Assembly: GCA_973895155.1 (NCBI GenBank)
Contig: OZ316895.1
Span: 17,625,437 to 17,689,436, forward strand
Direction: 5' to 3'
Length of the DNA: 64,000 nucleotides
Source of the DNA: Marsupella aquatica
Taxonomy: Eukaryota > Plantae > Marchantiophyta
Shown here: piece by piece, positions 13,542 to 25,230 of the stretch
Layout: every line of letters begins with the position of its first letter
Position numbering within the stretch: position 1 is the stretch's first letter
Position numbers and translations under genes: made by a program
Notes under the pieces: generated by a model
The model's input: the letters and a program-made list of their open reading frames with translations, nothing else
What the model was told of the DNA's origin: nothing
The model's database searches: none

Positions 13542-16500
13542 TTACTTATTGGACTTATCCCGGGCTTCTATAGCACGGTCTTTTTCGGCAGATAAGTATT
13601 TCATAAATTCGTCAAACTTTTCTAAATGGTCTTTATTCCCCTGATTACGAATGATCACATTTCTCCTCCAAAGATTCGTCTTATCAATATAATCTTTCTC
13701 AAGATTTTCTTGAGAGAACGTTGGAATCCCATATCCACTAAGGAGCTCGCGGAATGTCAACTTGTCAATTGACATATCGCATAGATATGGATATAGTTTC
13801 TTTCTAAAAAATAGGTCATCATCGAGCCCAAAATATGCATCGGGATACAGCGATGAATAGAAGTCATTAAGGCTCGTCTTATATGCAGCGTCATCGATAA
13901 GAATGACATTCTCGATGTTGTAATCTTTAATATCGGCGGCAATGTCGGAGAGGATGTCATTATTATTCTTCCCAATAAGTCGAGTTGATTCTTGTCCCCA
14001 TATAAATTTAATACGTTTCAAAACTTTGAGTCAAAGTATCAGCCTTACACAAGATAGAATATTCTGTTTGAACATGCACGACCAGATCGCAATGTCGTAT
14101 AGATCTGCCACCTTCTCAAGAAATTCCATTAAATCAGGCCTTGGATAGATAACCTTGTGCATCTGTCTCTCACCCCTTGACCGAATGGGCATCCCAGGGC
14201 TGATCTTCTCTGACCAGATAAGTACCCGATTCAGATCAAAAATTACAAGTCTCTTCTGAACCGGTGACTTCTTTGCCGATGGATTAGGCGCCATCTGTAC
14301 CTGTGATTTTTGTGCCGCAGGGTTTGGAGAACGTACTAGAACGGTCTGTTTGTTTCCCGCCTCCGGACGATCACCGGACTTCCGGACTGGTGCCTTCGAT
14401 ACTCGATCAGGGGGTTTCAGGATAGGCTTCTGTAAAACATTAAGAAATGAAAATAAGTTTATAATGCAAACGGTCGCATGACTACAAAGAGAGACATTGA
14501 AATGAAGTGTATTACCTGTACAAGACGGTCGTTCAGTGCTGGAATTTTGCCGGAAATGTCAATCATAGCAGCACGGATCCCGATAACTAGGTTACTTGCG
14601 GACGTCGGCTTGCGGAAGTCCATGTCAAATAACGACAAGACTATCTCCCTACAGAATTTCTCAATTTGATCCGCGGCAAAATTAATTTTGTTTCCTTGAC
14701 ACAAGCACTTGGCGTATCTCAAGATAAACACACCACAACTGTGGCCGTCACTCTGGTGAGGAATATCATTCCGATATATCCGTTCCCAACCTGAGAGATC
14801 CAAGTTGACACCAGTTCTCCAGCCAATTTTGTCGGCGTAGTACTTCCCAACAATATCTAGCACCCCAGGATTTTGTCGATTATGAACTAGAGAATCTAGG
14901 TACTCCAGCCGTTTCTCCTTCGGATACACAACTACCAATGACCAATGTTCTTTCACAGCATTGTGTACTAGAAAGACCAGTTTGTCATATTGACTGATTT
15001 TTAGCGGAAACTCCTTTGTCCAAGCTGCTCTCTCCTCGTCGAAAATGGTAGGATCCATGGAGAGAAGCTCAAAATGGTGTGTTTGGAAGAATTTGACAAG
15101 GTTTGACTTTCCAACTCTATCGAGAATCAGTTCCAGAAAACTCAAATAAGCGTTAATTATATCATCGGTGAGCAACTTGCGCGGTCTCAGACACATCATA
15201 TGTTTCCTCTTGATCGAGTGTTGTAAGAACTTGGTCAATAGCTCTTCCATATCCTTAGAAGGATCAAGGCATTGATCTATTCGACTAGCCAAATTTTCAA
15301 AAAACTGCAAAAAATAGAGATTTTAGTACGCCTTCAAATAACGTACTGAGGTTGTAGCCTAAGGGTTCTACCTTAGAAAACAGAAACAATAACAAATCAA
15401 TAATAAAATAATGACATCTATAATAGAAACTTTAAGCTTATAGTTTGCGAATGACCTTTGGATTGGGTGGATCCAGCCTTTTCGCAGCTGATCTCTTGGG
15501 TGCCTCAATCGCAACAACATCCTTCAGCCCTCCTCGAGACCGTAGTGATCGCTCCACCGGACCAGTTTGCGAAGGTTGGAGCAATGAGGTGGGAAGACCT
15601 TCAAATGGTTGTGGCATTTGATTGAAATATTCCACAATCTGGGAATCCGATTCCAAAATATCCGATGCCACAATTTCTGTGCAAGTGACCTCTGCAATAT
15701 ATCGGGGTTGAGACCACAAACTCGGTCGCGTCAAGTCAGCTGTTAGTCTCTTAACGACTTGAGCCGAGTCTAGTGCCAAAGATGTTCCCAGGTCTTGCAC
15801 TCGATTCTCGGAAAAGTGGACATTATTGATGATTGTCTCCATTCTGGATGCAGTGGCAGTCTTCTCCTCGGTAATCAAAAGACCCTTCCAATATTGCAAA
15901 GCAAGGACTGCCTGGACTCGGAGCTACTCCGGTGAATATTTATTCCAATCATCCAACGAGACCGTACTTAAGGGTGGATCGTTAAATTCAAACTTCGGGC
16001 GAAGAAAATAGTCTAATATTTTCTTCTTAACTGCAACTGAGGGTGAAGAAGGCTTCTTCAAATTCAGCCTTATTTTCGGTAGACGTTGTGCCTCAGGAAT
16101 AAGCAAAAGATCCTTGGCCCTCTCGGCCTCCTTCCTCGCTGCCTCTAGTCTTGCGGCTTCTTCTCTCTCCAGTCTTGCAGAATCGACCTTTTCCGCCTCC
16201 AACTTCTCCGCCTCCACCCTCTCCGGTCTTGCGGTCTTGTCCGCCATCCTCTCGGCCAACAGCCTCTCAGCCGCCACACTCTCTGCCTTGGCCCTATTTG
16301 CCTCTATCACTAAAAGGACTCTCGCAGCCTCCGCGTTCTCAGCTTGGGCTTTCTCAGCCTCTGCGTTCTCAGCCTCCGCTTTCTCCGCCTCCACTTTCTC
16401 CACCTCCGCTTTCTCAGCCTGGGCTTTCTCAGCCTGGGCTTTCTCAGCCTCCGCTTTCTTGGCCTCCGCTTTCTCAGCCTAGGCTTTCTCAGCTTGGGCT

Positions 16501-19500
16501 TTCTCCGCCTCCGCTTTCTCAGCCTGGGCTTTCTCAGCCTGGGCTTTCTCCGCCTGGGCTTTCTCAGCCTAGGCATTCTCAGCCTCGGCTTTCTCCTTCT
16601 TCTTCGCGGCAGTTGCTTTTCTAGCTGTTGCCTTTTTCTTCTTAGCCTCCTTCTTTTGAAGCTCCTCTTGCCAGGCCGCCTCTTGCCGGGCCGCCTCTTG
16701 TCGGGACGCCTCCTCCTGTCGGGCCGCCTCCTTCTTTTGAAGCTCCTCTTGCCGGGCCTCCTCCTGTCAGGCCTCCTCCTGTCGGGCCGCCTCTCTGGCC
16801 TCCTCCTGCCGGGCCGCCTCCTTCTTTTGAAGCTCCTCTTGTCGGGCCGCCTCTAGCCGGGCCTCCTCCTGCCGGGCTGCCTCCTCTTTGGCCTCCTCGT
16901 GCCGGGCCGCCTCCTCTCGGTCCACCTCATGTCGAGGCTCCTGTGTGGCCTCTTCATCGGAGTCCTCAGCGTCCTCAGAACCCTCCATCTCCTCGTCCTC
17001 TTCATCAACGTCCTCAGCGTCCTTCATCTCCTCTCCGTCACTCTCTTCATCTCCTCTATTGTCGGAATCTCCGACGTCGTTCTGCGTATCGATCATCCAC
17101 TCTGGATCTTGGTCATTGACATCCCCATTCGCGTCACCTTCCGCGTCACCTTCCACATCATCTTCCCCCTCACCATCTGCATCACCATTGCTCCCTACAT
17201 CCTCAACATTGAAGCCGCAGTTGACTTGATCTGAATAAAATCAGATCATTTGATAAGAATGACTCACGCGCATATTTGCGTGAAAAGAAATGTTATGAAT
17301 GTCCACGCGCATGTTCGCGTGACGCAATAAAAAGTAAGAGGTTTCAAAAGTAACCTACCTTGGATTGGCCCACTAGGGTACTCCGTTGGTCGAATGTACA
17401 ATCGATCGAAATCTTCAGAGAGTGCATACTCTTGCAATAATTGATTACAAATATTATCAGGGATATGTTGTTCATGGAGGACATCCAAAACATCAGCCCT
17501 GAGAGCAGTTACGGATGGACGGTACTTCATTAATTTATCTATACATTTTTCTATACTAGCCCGTACTGGGTCAATCAATGACAGCGTTGTATCAATTGTC
17601 GCCGTGGTGTGTTGCAAGAAACAAGACAACTCCCTATGCGTTGCCACAGGGCAGTAATATTTTACATTGGATCCAGTATCCTGTAAAAAAACCAAAATTA
17701 GTTCACAATATTAATTGAGAATATAATAATCTAAATAATCTTAAATTGAAATCCCAAAATATAAATCTCAAAACTTACCATTAAGCATTGGATCAAGTTC
17801 GTTCCCTCACCAAAGCATATAGCCCATTCTCCACATTGGACGAATTGACTAACAATACTTTCAAAGAATGGAAGTATCTTTTCTGAGGAAGGTGTCGTGA
17901 ACTCGCCGCTCTCTTCAAAATTGGCTATCTTCTCAATCCGATATTTGGAGACCAATTGGAACTCGAGGGCTTATGGATCGCCCATTGTGCTGAAGGCCAA
18001 GCTGTGAAAAGCGTAGGTTACAATAAGCTTCTTCTCCTTTGGCCACTTCTGAATATAATGGCTATTGACAGCAACGTAGTGTGTGTACTTCCCTAATTCC
18101 CGTTTGATTAAGTACGACTCAACGGGAGAGGCTACAATAATAACCACATGGTGTGGTTTTGCCCCTATCTCGCTAGTAGCACGAAATAACCCCTCATAGA
18201 ATGAGCAATTTGGCGGACGCAAATCTCCCATTGATGAGGGATCAAAATAAATCAAGCTCGCAAGGTTCTTGTCTTCACATATGATACAGTCTGCAAACCC
18301 AACATTTTGTATATCCTGCAGGGATCGCAATTTCAACCTCTCACCGACCGGCCGCACTAGTTGGTTTCCTTGACTATCAACTGATTTCCGTATTCCTTCC
18401 ACCAACCTGTAGAATATCGGGTCGATCTCTTTCAACAAATTATCATTACTAATATTTACATTTAAGCACTTCTTCAGATAACCACTCAACGCATCTCTCA
18501 ACTGCTTCAGCACCATCTTGTCGAGCTTAAAGCGATCAATCATTCCTTTGACCCGCAATTTCCACGCTGAATCTGTCAGAATTTTTAGCTCCGTCCGGGT
18601 GGATGTATCCCCGTTGAGTTTACTCAATAATAAAATCTCAAACTCAACTTTTGTCTTCTTCTTTATACAGAATTGCTCCAAACTCATGCTGGTCGTTGAC
18701 AACACTGGAGCCTTAGAGGACTTCCTTGCCTTCCCAGATTTCACTTTGATGCTTCGGTTTTTGAGTATAGACAGTCTTCCGCTCAACATATATTCCGCTG
18801 CCTTTCGAAGAACCGAGTCTGAGCACCCTTGACAAGAACGGAACGTCTTCTTCAGAAGATGATAAGCACATGGATTATCCGCAATTTTGACGGCGTCCCT
18901 CTGTAAAATTCCGTTGTAAATTACAAGCTCTCCTGTCCTTGATAGTTCGTAGACCTCCATCCACTTCTTGAATGTTTCGTCCTCCATTGTAAAGAGAAAC
19001 GGAGCCAATTCTCCAAATTTCATCATTTCGTTCTTCCCCATTTGAGCCCATGGGCAAACAAAACTCGTAGCTCTCATAAATACCTGAAAAACAATGGAAA
19101 CATGACAATTCTAAGCTTGATGCGACCGTTCGCGTGACAAAAGTTTAAACGATAATGTGATCGAAGAGGGTTATTTATATACCTTCCAATTTGGATGACG
19201 ATAATATGATCCAGGCCGCCCAAATGAGTTCCAGATATTACGACACTGTCGTACAATGGTGAGAAACTGTCCTTCTTCCATTGATGTTTGATGATAGTGG
19301 TTCAGAGCTTTCGATAATCCCATCAAATGAACATTATTGTCGTTGTTGAGCGTTGCCCAAAACATTATAGCTTCTACAGTACCGCAAGCGTCTCGTACAA
19401 CTTGGCTGACTTTGTCGTCCTCTTTCAGCAATTTGTACGCCATTATTGTGTGTTGGCCTCCGAGTATCCAAAAATGACTGGTCATAATATCCTCCTCCTT

Positions 19501-20421
19501 TGGTGCCGAATCGTAGGGCGCCCCATTGTAGTCAGGATCTCTGTCGGCCTCCGACTGAACCCACTTCACAGGGACTAAAAAGCAGCATCGCTTTTCGAAC
19601 TTTATAGCCGAATGAGAAAGGAGTGAATTCTTTAGCCTATCTGTGTAATCCTGATTCCACTCTCGGCACTTGATGTGGTCTGGTGCAAGATGACAACGTG
19701 ATGTCTCAACAAAAAATGACTTGCTATTAAATATATTCATAGCACTATATTCTTTGAGGAAAGAATCGAACAGAGCCCCAACATTTGCTGAGGTAATTAC
19801 TTTCGGAAGATTCTCCGCCGAGTATACTTCAACCTTGCTCATTGGCAGGGCCTTTCCCAAGCGAAATTCCTGGTTGAAAGGAACTCTCTGGAACTCAAGT
19901 ACGTCAATAATGTATTGACAAATCAAACCTCCCGTTGATCCCTCTGGATCGGAAGGATATCCCACACTAGTAACCTTTTCCAAGGCGTGCCTTGCACCTA
20001 GAAGATCATCGATTCTGGGCTGATTGAAGGTTACATATTGCGTTCAATCCAAACAAATGCTTATTTTGTCCTCCTGCTGGTCGTCGCTGACTAGCAGAAC
20101 CAATCTCTCTGTACACTCTTTAACTTTCATGTTCTTCTCAAAGAAACACTTGAGAATTTGTGATCTCTCCAAAACTGTAGCTTTATCATTTTTTGCCACC
20201 ACAAGACGGACAACGCCATTGCGAACGACTGTTCCAAAATCGGATATCTTAGTCGATTCAAAGAGATGGATACTCTTTGTCTCCGTTGTTCTCTCTCTGA
20301 TTGACTTTCCTCGATATGCAAGTATGGATGTCTCCGCGGGAGTCATTTTTGTCTTGGCTTTCTTACGAGAAGCAGCTTTAGACGAGTCTCTTTTCTGCTT
20401 TGAAGTTTCGGTAGGATCCAT
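13542..20421 (-). pseudogene. Six-exon ~2105-codon multidomain gene: ParB/Srx-like, degenerate beta-class DNA MTase-like, acidic tract, EAARQE/AEKAQ coiled repeats, Ulp1 (C48) protease, FCP1-like HAD phosphatase
   Basis: Exons 20421-19183, 19083-17779, 17680-17359, 17230-15456, 15304-14516 and 14429-13542 are joined in frame by GT-AG introns (the 15455 donor is weak). There are seven in-frame stops (20044, 17971, 16767, 16569, 16479, 15924, 14031) and no frameshift. Motifs: FWILGGQHTIMAYKLL; LIYFDPSS...EKILPFFESIVSQFVQCGEWAICFGEG; EHWSL..YLDSL..HQSDGHSCGVF; LVIFDLNRVL..RPDLMEFL..IAIWS..VILIDD. Confidence 0.75.
16100..16930 (-). repeat. Coding tandem repeats: 15-bp AEKA(Q/E) units and 18-bp EAARQE units
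   Basis: (TTCTCAGCCT(G/C)(G/C)GCT)n at ~16330-16600 and (GCCGGGCCGCCTCCTCCT)-like units at ~16660-16930 on the + strand. Confidence 0.9.
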
Positions 20422-20496
20422 TCTAAAATAGACAAATATTGAAAGTTAAACGTTTATTATAAAATACTAACACGCGCATGGTCGTGTCGTGCCAAA

Positions 20497-21027
20497 TTAC
20501 ATTTTAGGAACGTTTATCTTGACCCAATCTTCTCGCTCATCTTCATCTAATCAAAACCAAAGGTTCCTAAACGTGTCAAGTTCAGATCCTTCAAATCCAC
20601 CCAGAATGTCCAGCGGCGGGAGAGTTTTGATGGATTCTGTAAATCTTAATGCTACACTCCGTGAAGTCAAATGCCTTCGAAGCGATTCGTATCCTGGTCT
20701 ATCAATGAAGTCGTAAGCTACTAAGGTGACCGTCACCCAAGTACTACTATAAGTAACTATGTGGCACCACTTCTTACTGACTGTTCGAATGGCGATCAAG
20801 TCCATGACCCGATTTTTAATCGCAGTATCCAACAAATTTCCAAGACAGTGAAAAAACTCTTTGACTAATGGCCAAATATATTTCTCGACAATATCGTCCG
20901 GAAGACCGGGTATCAGGTCTTCAGCTTGACTCCATATCATGTTTCGGTTGATAACCTTTGCACGTGCAATGCGCTCCATCATCATTTGACGATGAGATTT
21001 TCGATTCATGTCAAAGGACTGCAGCAT
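20497..21027 (-). pseudogene. F-box-like cargo ORF 3 (premature TGA at 20551)
   Basis: LIPGLPDDIVEKYIWP...DLIAIRTVSKKWCHIV. The frame continues past the TGA (LDEDEREDW) in homology with the paralogs. Confidence 0.6.
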
Positions 21028-21061
21028 AATATGGAAAAGATTAAGAACAAGAACCTATCCA

Positions 21062-21628
21062 TTAAGAACTGGGACCACCTAGATTCTGAGAAAATCTACC
21101 AAACCTTTCGATTAGAACATCTCGTTCTTCCTCATCTAAATTGTTATATTTGTTCGTAATCAATGCGATGTCGTCAAAAGTAGTAGTCCCAAGAACAGAT
21201 ATTTTTGGAAGCATAGAAATATCCTGTCAAATAACTCGACAGACTGAGTCAAACTCCAACTCGTCAGTTTCGGGTATGTCATAAAGAGCTTTATTTGTGA
21301 CATCGACAATCCGGTTTGCTTGTTTGAGGATAGCCCATAACCTTGTATTTGTAACTAAAAAGTTCCACTTCTTGCTACAAGCTCCAAGCCGAATAAGGTC
21401 TCGGACCCTATTGATAACCAAATCGTTATCGAGGTATCGATATCCACGCAATCTTTCAATTGAAATAAAGTGTTCGTAGAGTATTGGCCAAATGTTTGAA
21501 ATGACCAAAACATTTGGTATTCCTCCAATGAGACTAGAGGAGGTTTCATCCAGGGTATCCCATATTGTTTTTTGTTTCCTTTCATGAGATGAAAGGAAAT
21601 CTCGAGCCTCATTCAAAAGTTGGCTCAT
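21062..21628 (-). pseudogene. F-box-like cargo ORF 2 (premature TGA at 21227)
   Basis: LIGGIPNVLVISNIWP...DLIRLGACSKKWNFLV. The frame continues (QDISMLPKISVLG...LDEEER) in alignment with ORF 3 (SIKTLPPLDILG...LDEDER). Confidence 0.55.
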
Positions 21629-21693
21629 CCTACTTTTATCATATCACAAAACATTGTTAGAAGACATACGACGCGCTTGGTCACGTAAGTTAA

Positions 21694-22245
21694 CTAGAAT
21701 TCCTTAAAAGCGTAGATGTCACCCTCAAGGTATCCAACTTCGTGGCATCTGACTGTAAATTTCCATTTTTCAAGAGGGTGAAGAGCATCGTAAGTCTTCG
21801 TGAAGAGTTCCCTAAGATCTCTGGACATTGACCCCATGAATTTAATTCTTGGGTATTTCTGGAAGAAACTTTGAACTGTCGATGAGAGAGACTCATTTCC
21901 GATTGGTTTAGTAGGATTTCGTGGGAAAGCCAAATCTAATAAACTCAACTTCATTACACCTAGAAGATAGGTATTCCCAACAAGGTGGCGCCATCTGCGA
22001 CACACCGAAGATAGTCCTACAAACTCATCCAATTCCTTTATTGAGAAATTTCCTGCATTAGTCGAGGAATTAAAAGTCTCCTTGATCCGAGGCCATATCA
22101 ATTTCGCGACAATGAAATCTGGAAGTCCAGGTAGTAGTGTTTCAACAAATACAGAATATCCCGCCAGTAGACCATCTTGGCTTCTGTCCAAAACATCAAA
22201 TATTGGGCATAGATATCTAAAGCTCTCCAGACCAGGTTCGCCCAT
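21694..22245 (-). CDS. F-box-like cargo ORF 1, 183 aa
   Basis: LLPGLPDFIVAKLIWP...LSSVCRRWRHLV F-box pattern; paralogous to the next two ORFs. Confidence 0.6.
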   Translation of the reverse strand: MGEPGLESFRYLCPIFDVLDRSQDGLLAGYSVFVETLLPGLPDFIVAKLIWPRIKETFNSSTNAGNFSIKELDEFVGLSSVCRRWRHLVGNTYLLGVMKLSLLDLAFPRNPTKPIGNESLSSTVQSFFQKYPRIKFMGSMSRDLRELFTKTYDALHPLEKWKFTVRCHEVGYLEGDIYAFKEF

Positions 22246-22385
22246 GACTCTTTTCAGCCAAATGATATATCCCAGAGATTATTTTCACGCGACTGGTCGC
22301 GTCTACAAATCAGAATGTATAAACAATTCTTTGAGAGACTGATTTTTTTGGGTCACAACGTGACAAATCATAAATGTTGCTTTGT

Positions 22386-23010
22386 CCTCTAATAGAACCA
22401 GTCAATGAGAGAGCTACCTCAGACGCGACTGGTCGCGTCAACTGAACCTAAACAACTATATCTAGTGAACCTTCCTTGTGGATATTTGGATATGGTACGC
22501 GCTCAGTAAATCTATCCAGTTTCCTTCTCACACACGACTGGTCGCGTCAACTGGTCCTAAAAGGAACCTTACCTCCTCTAACAGAACCAGTCAATGAGAG
22601 ATCTACCTCAGACGCGACTAGTCGCGTCAACTGCTCCTAAAAGGAACCTTACCTCCTCTAACAGAACCAGTCAATGAGAGAGCTACCTCAGACGCGACTG
22701 GTCACGTCAACTGAACCTAAACAACTATATCCAGTGAACCTTCCTTGTGGATATTTGGATATGGTACGCGCTCAGTAAATCTATCTAGTTTCCTTCTCAC
22801 ACGCGATTGGTTGCGTCAACTGGTCCTAAAAGGAATCTTACCTCCGCTAACAGAACCGGTCAATGAGAGAGCTACCTTTGACGCGACTGGTCGCGTCAAC
22901 TGAATCTAAATAACTATATCCACTGAACCTTCCTTATGGAGATTTGGATATGGTATGCGCTCAGTAAATCTATCCTGTTTCCTTCTGACACACGACTGGT
23001 CGTGTCAACA
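22386..23010. repeat. Tandem array (189-bp unit plus an 80-bp subunit) carrying 7 palindrome copies
   Basis: Unit starts at ~22386, 22575, 22655 and 22844. GACGCGACTGGTCGCGTC-type sites at 22422, 22531, 22611, 22691, 22800, 22880 and 22989. Confidence 0.9.
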
Positions 23011-24087
23011 GCTCAAACAACTTTTGGACACTAGGATAATATAGTGATACAACTATGATTACTGACCTGTACGGACAAGGAAATCCAAGTAAGCATGATT
23101 TCATTCATTTGTATTCATTCATGAACTTTACAATAATTCAGATGTTTGAGCTCTGTCATTGTGAAACTATTATATATCAGAAGTTTAGAGAATGATTCAG
23201 CTAAGATGATTCAATTTAGCAGTCTACTGGTTGTATTCATCAATTAAAGGATTCAGTGTAATGAGATTCACATAACATGAGAGTTTATATGATTAAATTC
23301 ACAGCGTGCAAGTTTGTAATGAGTTTGTAATGAGTTTGTATAATTCACACATATTTGAGTTTACAAACAAACCGCATTATAAAAACTCAGCTTAACAATC
23401 AAGAGAAATTTTAGCAAACAACAATCAACACCAGCAGAAAATGTAGAAATTGCACCTGAATTCTGAAAAATTGATGTAATCGTCTGAGAGATTGACGTCC
23501 AAGCACTTGAAGACCTTGCTACGGCATTCCAGAAAGTAAATATAAGATTGAAGATATTAATATGCTAAGCAACAACAACATAGCTTCTATACTTCTATAC
23601 ATAGAGCTTTGCTGCCACCAATTGAATAACATGTGCTTAATGCTAAGGAACTCATTATATCGAGTTAAAAAGACTCTTTCAGAAGTACAATCAAAGCTGT
23701 GGATAGGCAAACTGAGCATGAATAAAAGTGCACTAAACTTGAAGATTCAAAGAGGTGAAACAAACCTGAATGCTGAATGGAAGGAGCTGAAACAAGCTGC
23801 CAAAAAGTAGTTCGAGCTGCTGAAACACGTTGATCGAGCTGATATGAGCTTAAAATTGGCTGACACGAGCTGATACGAGCACTCCCAAAAAACTAGCTGC
23901 AACGAACCCAACGGGCTCCTAAGAATCCCTTCGAGCAAACTAGAAGTGAATACGAGCTGTAAATGCGAGCTGCAACATGCCAACGAGCTCCTGGTCGAAA
24001 CGATCGATAATTACTAAGAGTAGCAACGCGCCGACAAGCACCTGACCACAACGAACGAGCTGCAACGACAAAAATGAAATCCAGGGC

Positions 24088-24157
24088 AGGAGCGAGAGCG
24101 AGAGTGAGAGCAACGAGAGTGAGAGCGACGAGAGCGAGAGCGAGAGCGACGAGAGCA
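24088..24157. repeat. (GAGAGC)n-like simple repeat, CT-rich on the minus strand
   Basis: GAGCGAGAGCGAGAGTGAGAGC... run, preceded by scattered ACGAGCT heptamers (23810-24065). Confidence 0.8.
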
Positions 24158-25000
24158 GGCGTGCAAAAGTCTAGGGAGCGATGTCCGGGTGACCGTGTTT
24201 TCTGGCAAGAGCATGTTGGCTCTTTTGAAGTTAACCTTGCATGCTCATAAGTTCTACACTAAAATTAAAATGATAATTCTAGTAACAAGGGTAGTGGGTA
24301 TTAAGAAAGGTTCAGGTGAAACTAAAATACTGTTAAACCCTACTTCACCATACTTGCGGACCAACACATCACAAAAATTAGTTTTCTTACAACATATGAT
24401 CCTAATACCTCCTAGAGAAAATGAAATAGGAATATCATCCGGACTCCTATTCAGATCCATGACTTCAATAAAGGACAAAGATGATGCACTCCCACTCCTC
24501 TCGGTACGACACCACTGGGTATATTATTGGCTCGTTAGAAACCATAACAGCAGTTGCAAACTGAGCTCCAAAATGATAGGTTAGATTTTGCCTCATAGAT
24601 GGTTTGTCTAAAAGATGGACTCTAATCAAAAACAGATTACGAAGGGGAAGATCAGGGATAACTCTCTCTCCTGGATTCATGATGGCTCTCCTATTCCTTT
24701 GCTATCCGGGCCAAAGGATGCCCCACCCCTATATTCCCAAAGAAACCTTATTCCCTAAGGTCCCATCTATAAGTCTACCACTCATTCCTTTGCTATCCGG
24801 GCCAAAGGACGCCCCACTACTATGTTCAAGGCACAAAAGAGCTTCACAACCTTGAATGATAAACACTGCGGAATGAGGGGAGAGTGCCCCTCACCACTTT
24901 ATTTATAGTGCACACCAAGAGGGCATGGATCAAACCCAAGCACTTGGATGAAGGCCAAGTGTCAAACATCTAATACCAAAGAGTGTGCTAGTACTGTTCA

Positions 25001-25230
25001 TAGTTGGTGAAACTACTTTTAGTAGGTGAAACTACCATGCGTTGGTGGAACTACTATGCGTTGGTGGAACTACTATGCGTTGGTGGACCTACTGTGCGTT
25101 GGTAAAACTACTGTGCGTTAGTAAAACTACTATGCGCTGATGGACCTACTGTGCGTTGGTAGAACTACTATGCGTTGGTGAATATTATTGTAGTTGGTGT
25201 TACTCATATGCATTGGTGGAACTACTATAG
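25001..25230. repeat. 20-bp minisatellite (CTACTATGCGTTGGTGGAA-like), ~11 copies
   Basis: Visible tandem units across 25001-25230. Confidence 0.9.

Noticed and set aside
16114-17234. Leu/Ser/Arg-rich ORFs on the + strand and alternative frames
   Set aside because: Shadow frames of the AEKAQ/EAARQE and acidic coding repeats on the minus strand.
13150-21229. U-to-C RNA editing or a variant genetic code to explain the in-frame stops
   Set aside because: This is nuclear DNA with spliceosomal introns, all three stop types occur, and repeat units show sporadic C-to-T changes. Deamination is simpler.
11893-22245. Endogenous virus or Polinton origin for the compact cargo
   Set aside because: No capsid, polB, packaging ATPase or integrase is recognisable. 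The genes have GT-AG introns and neighbour a DDD transposase.
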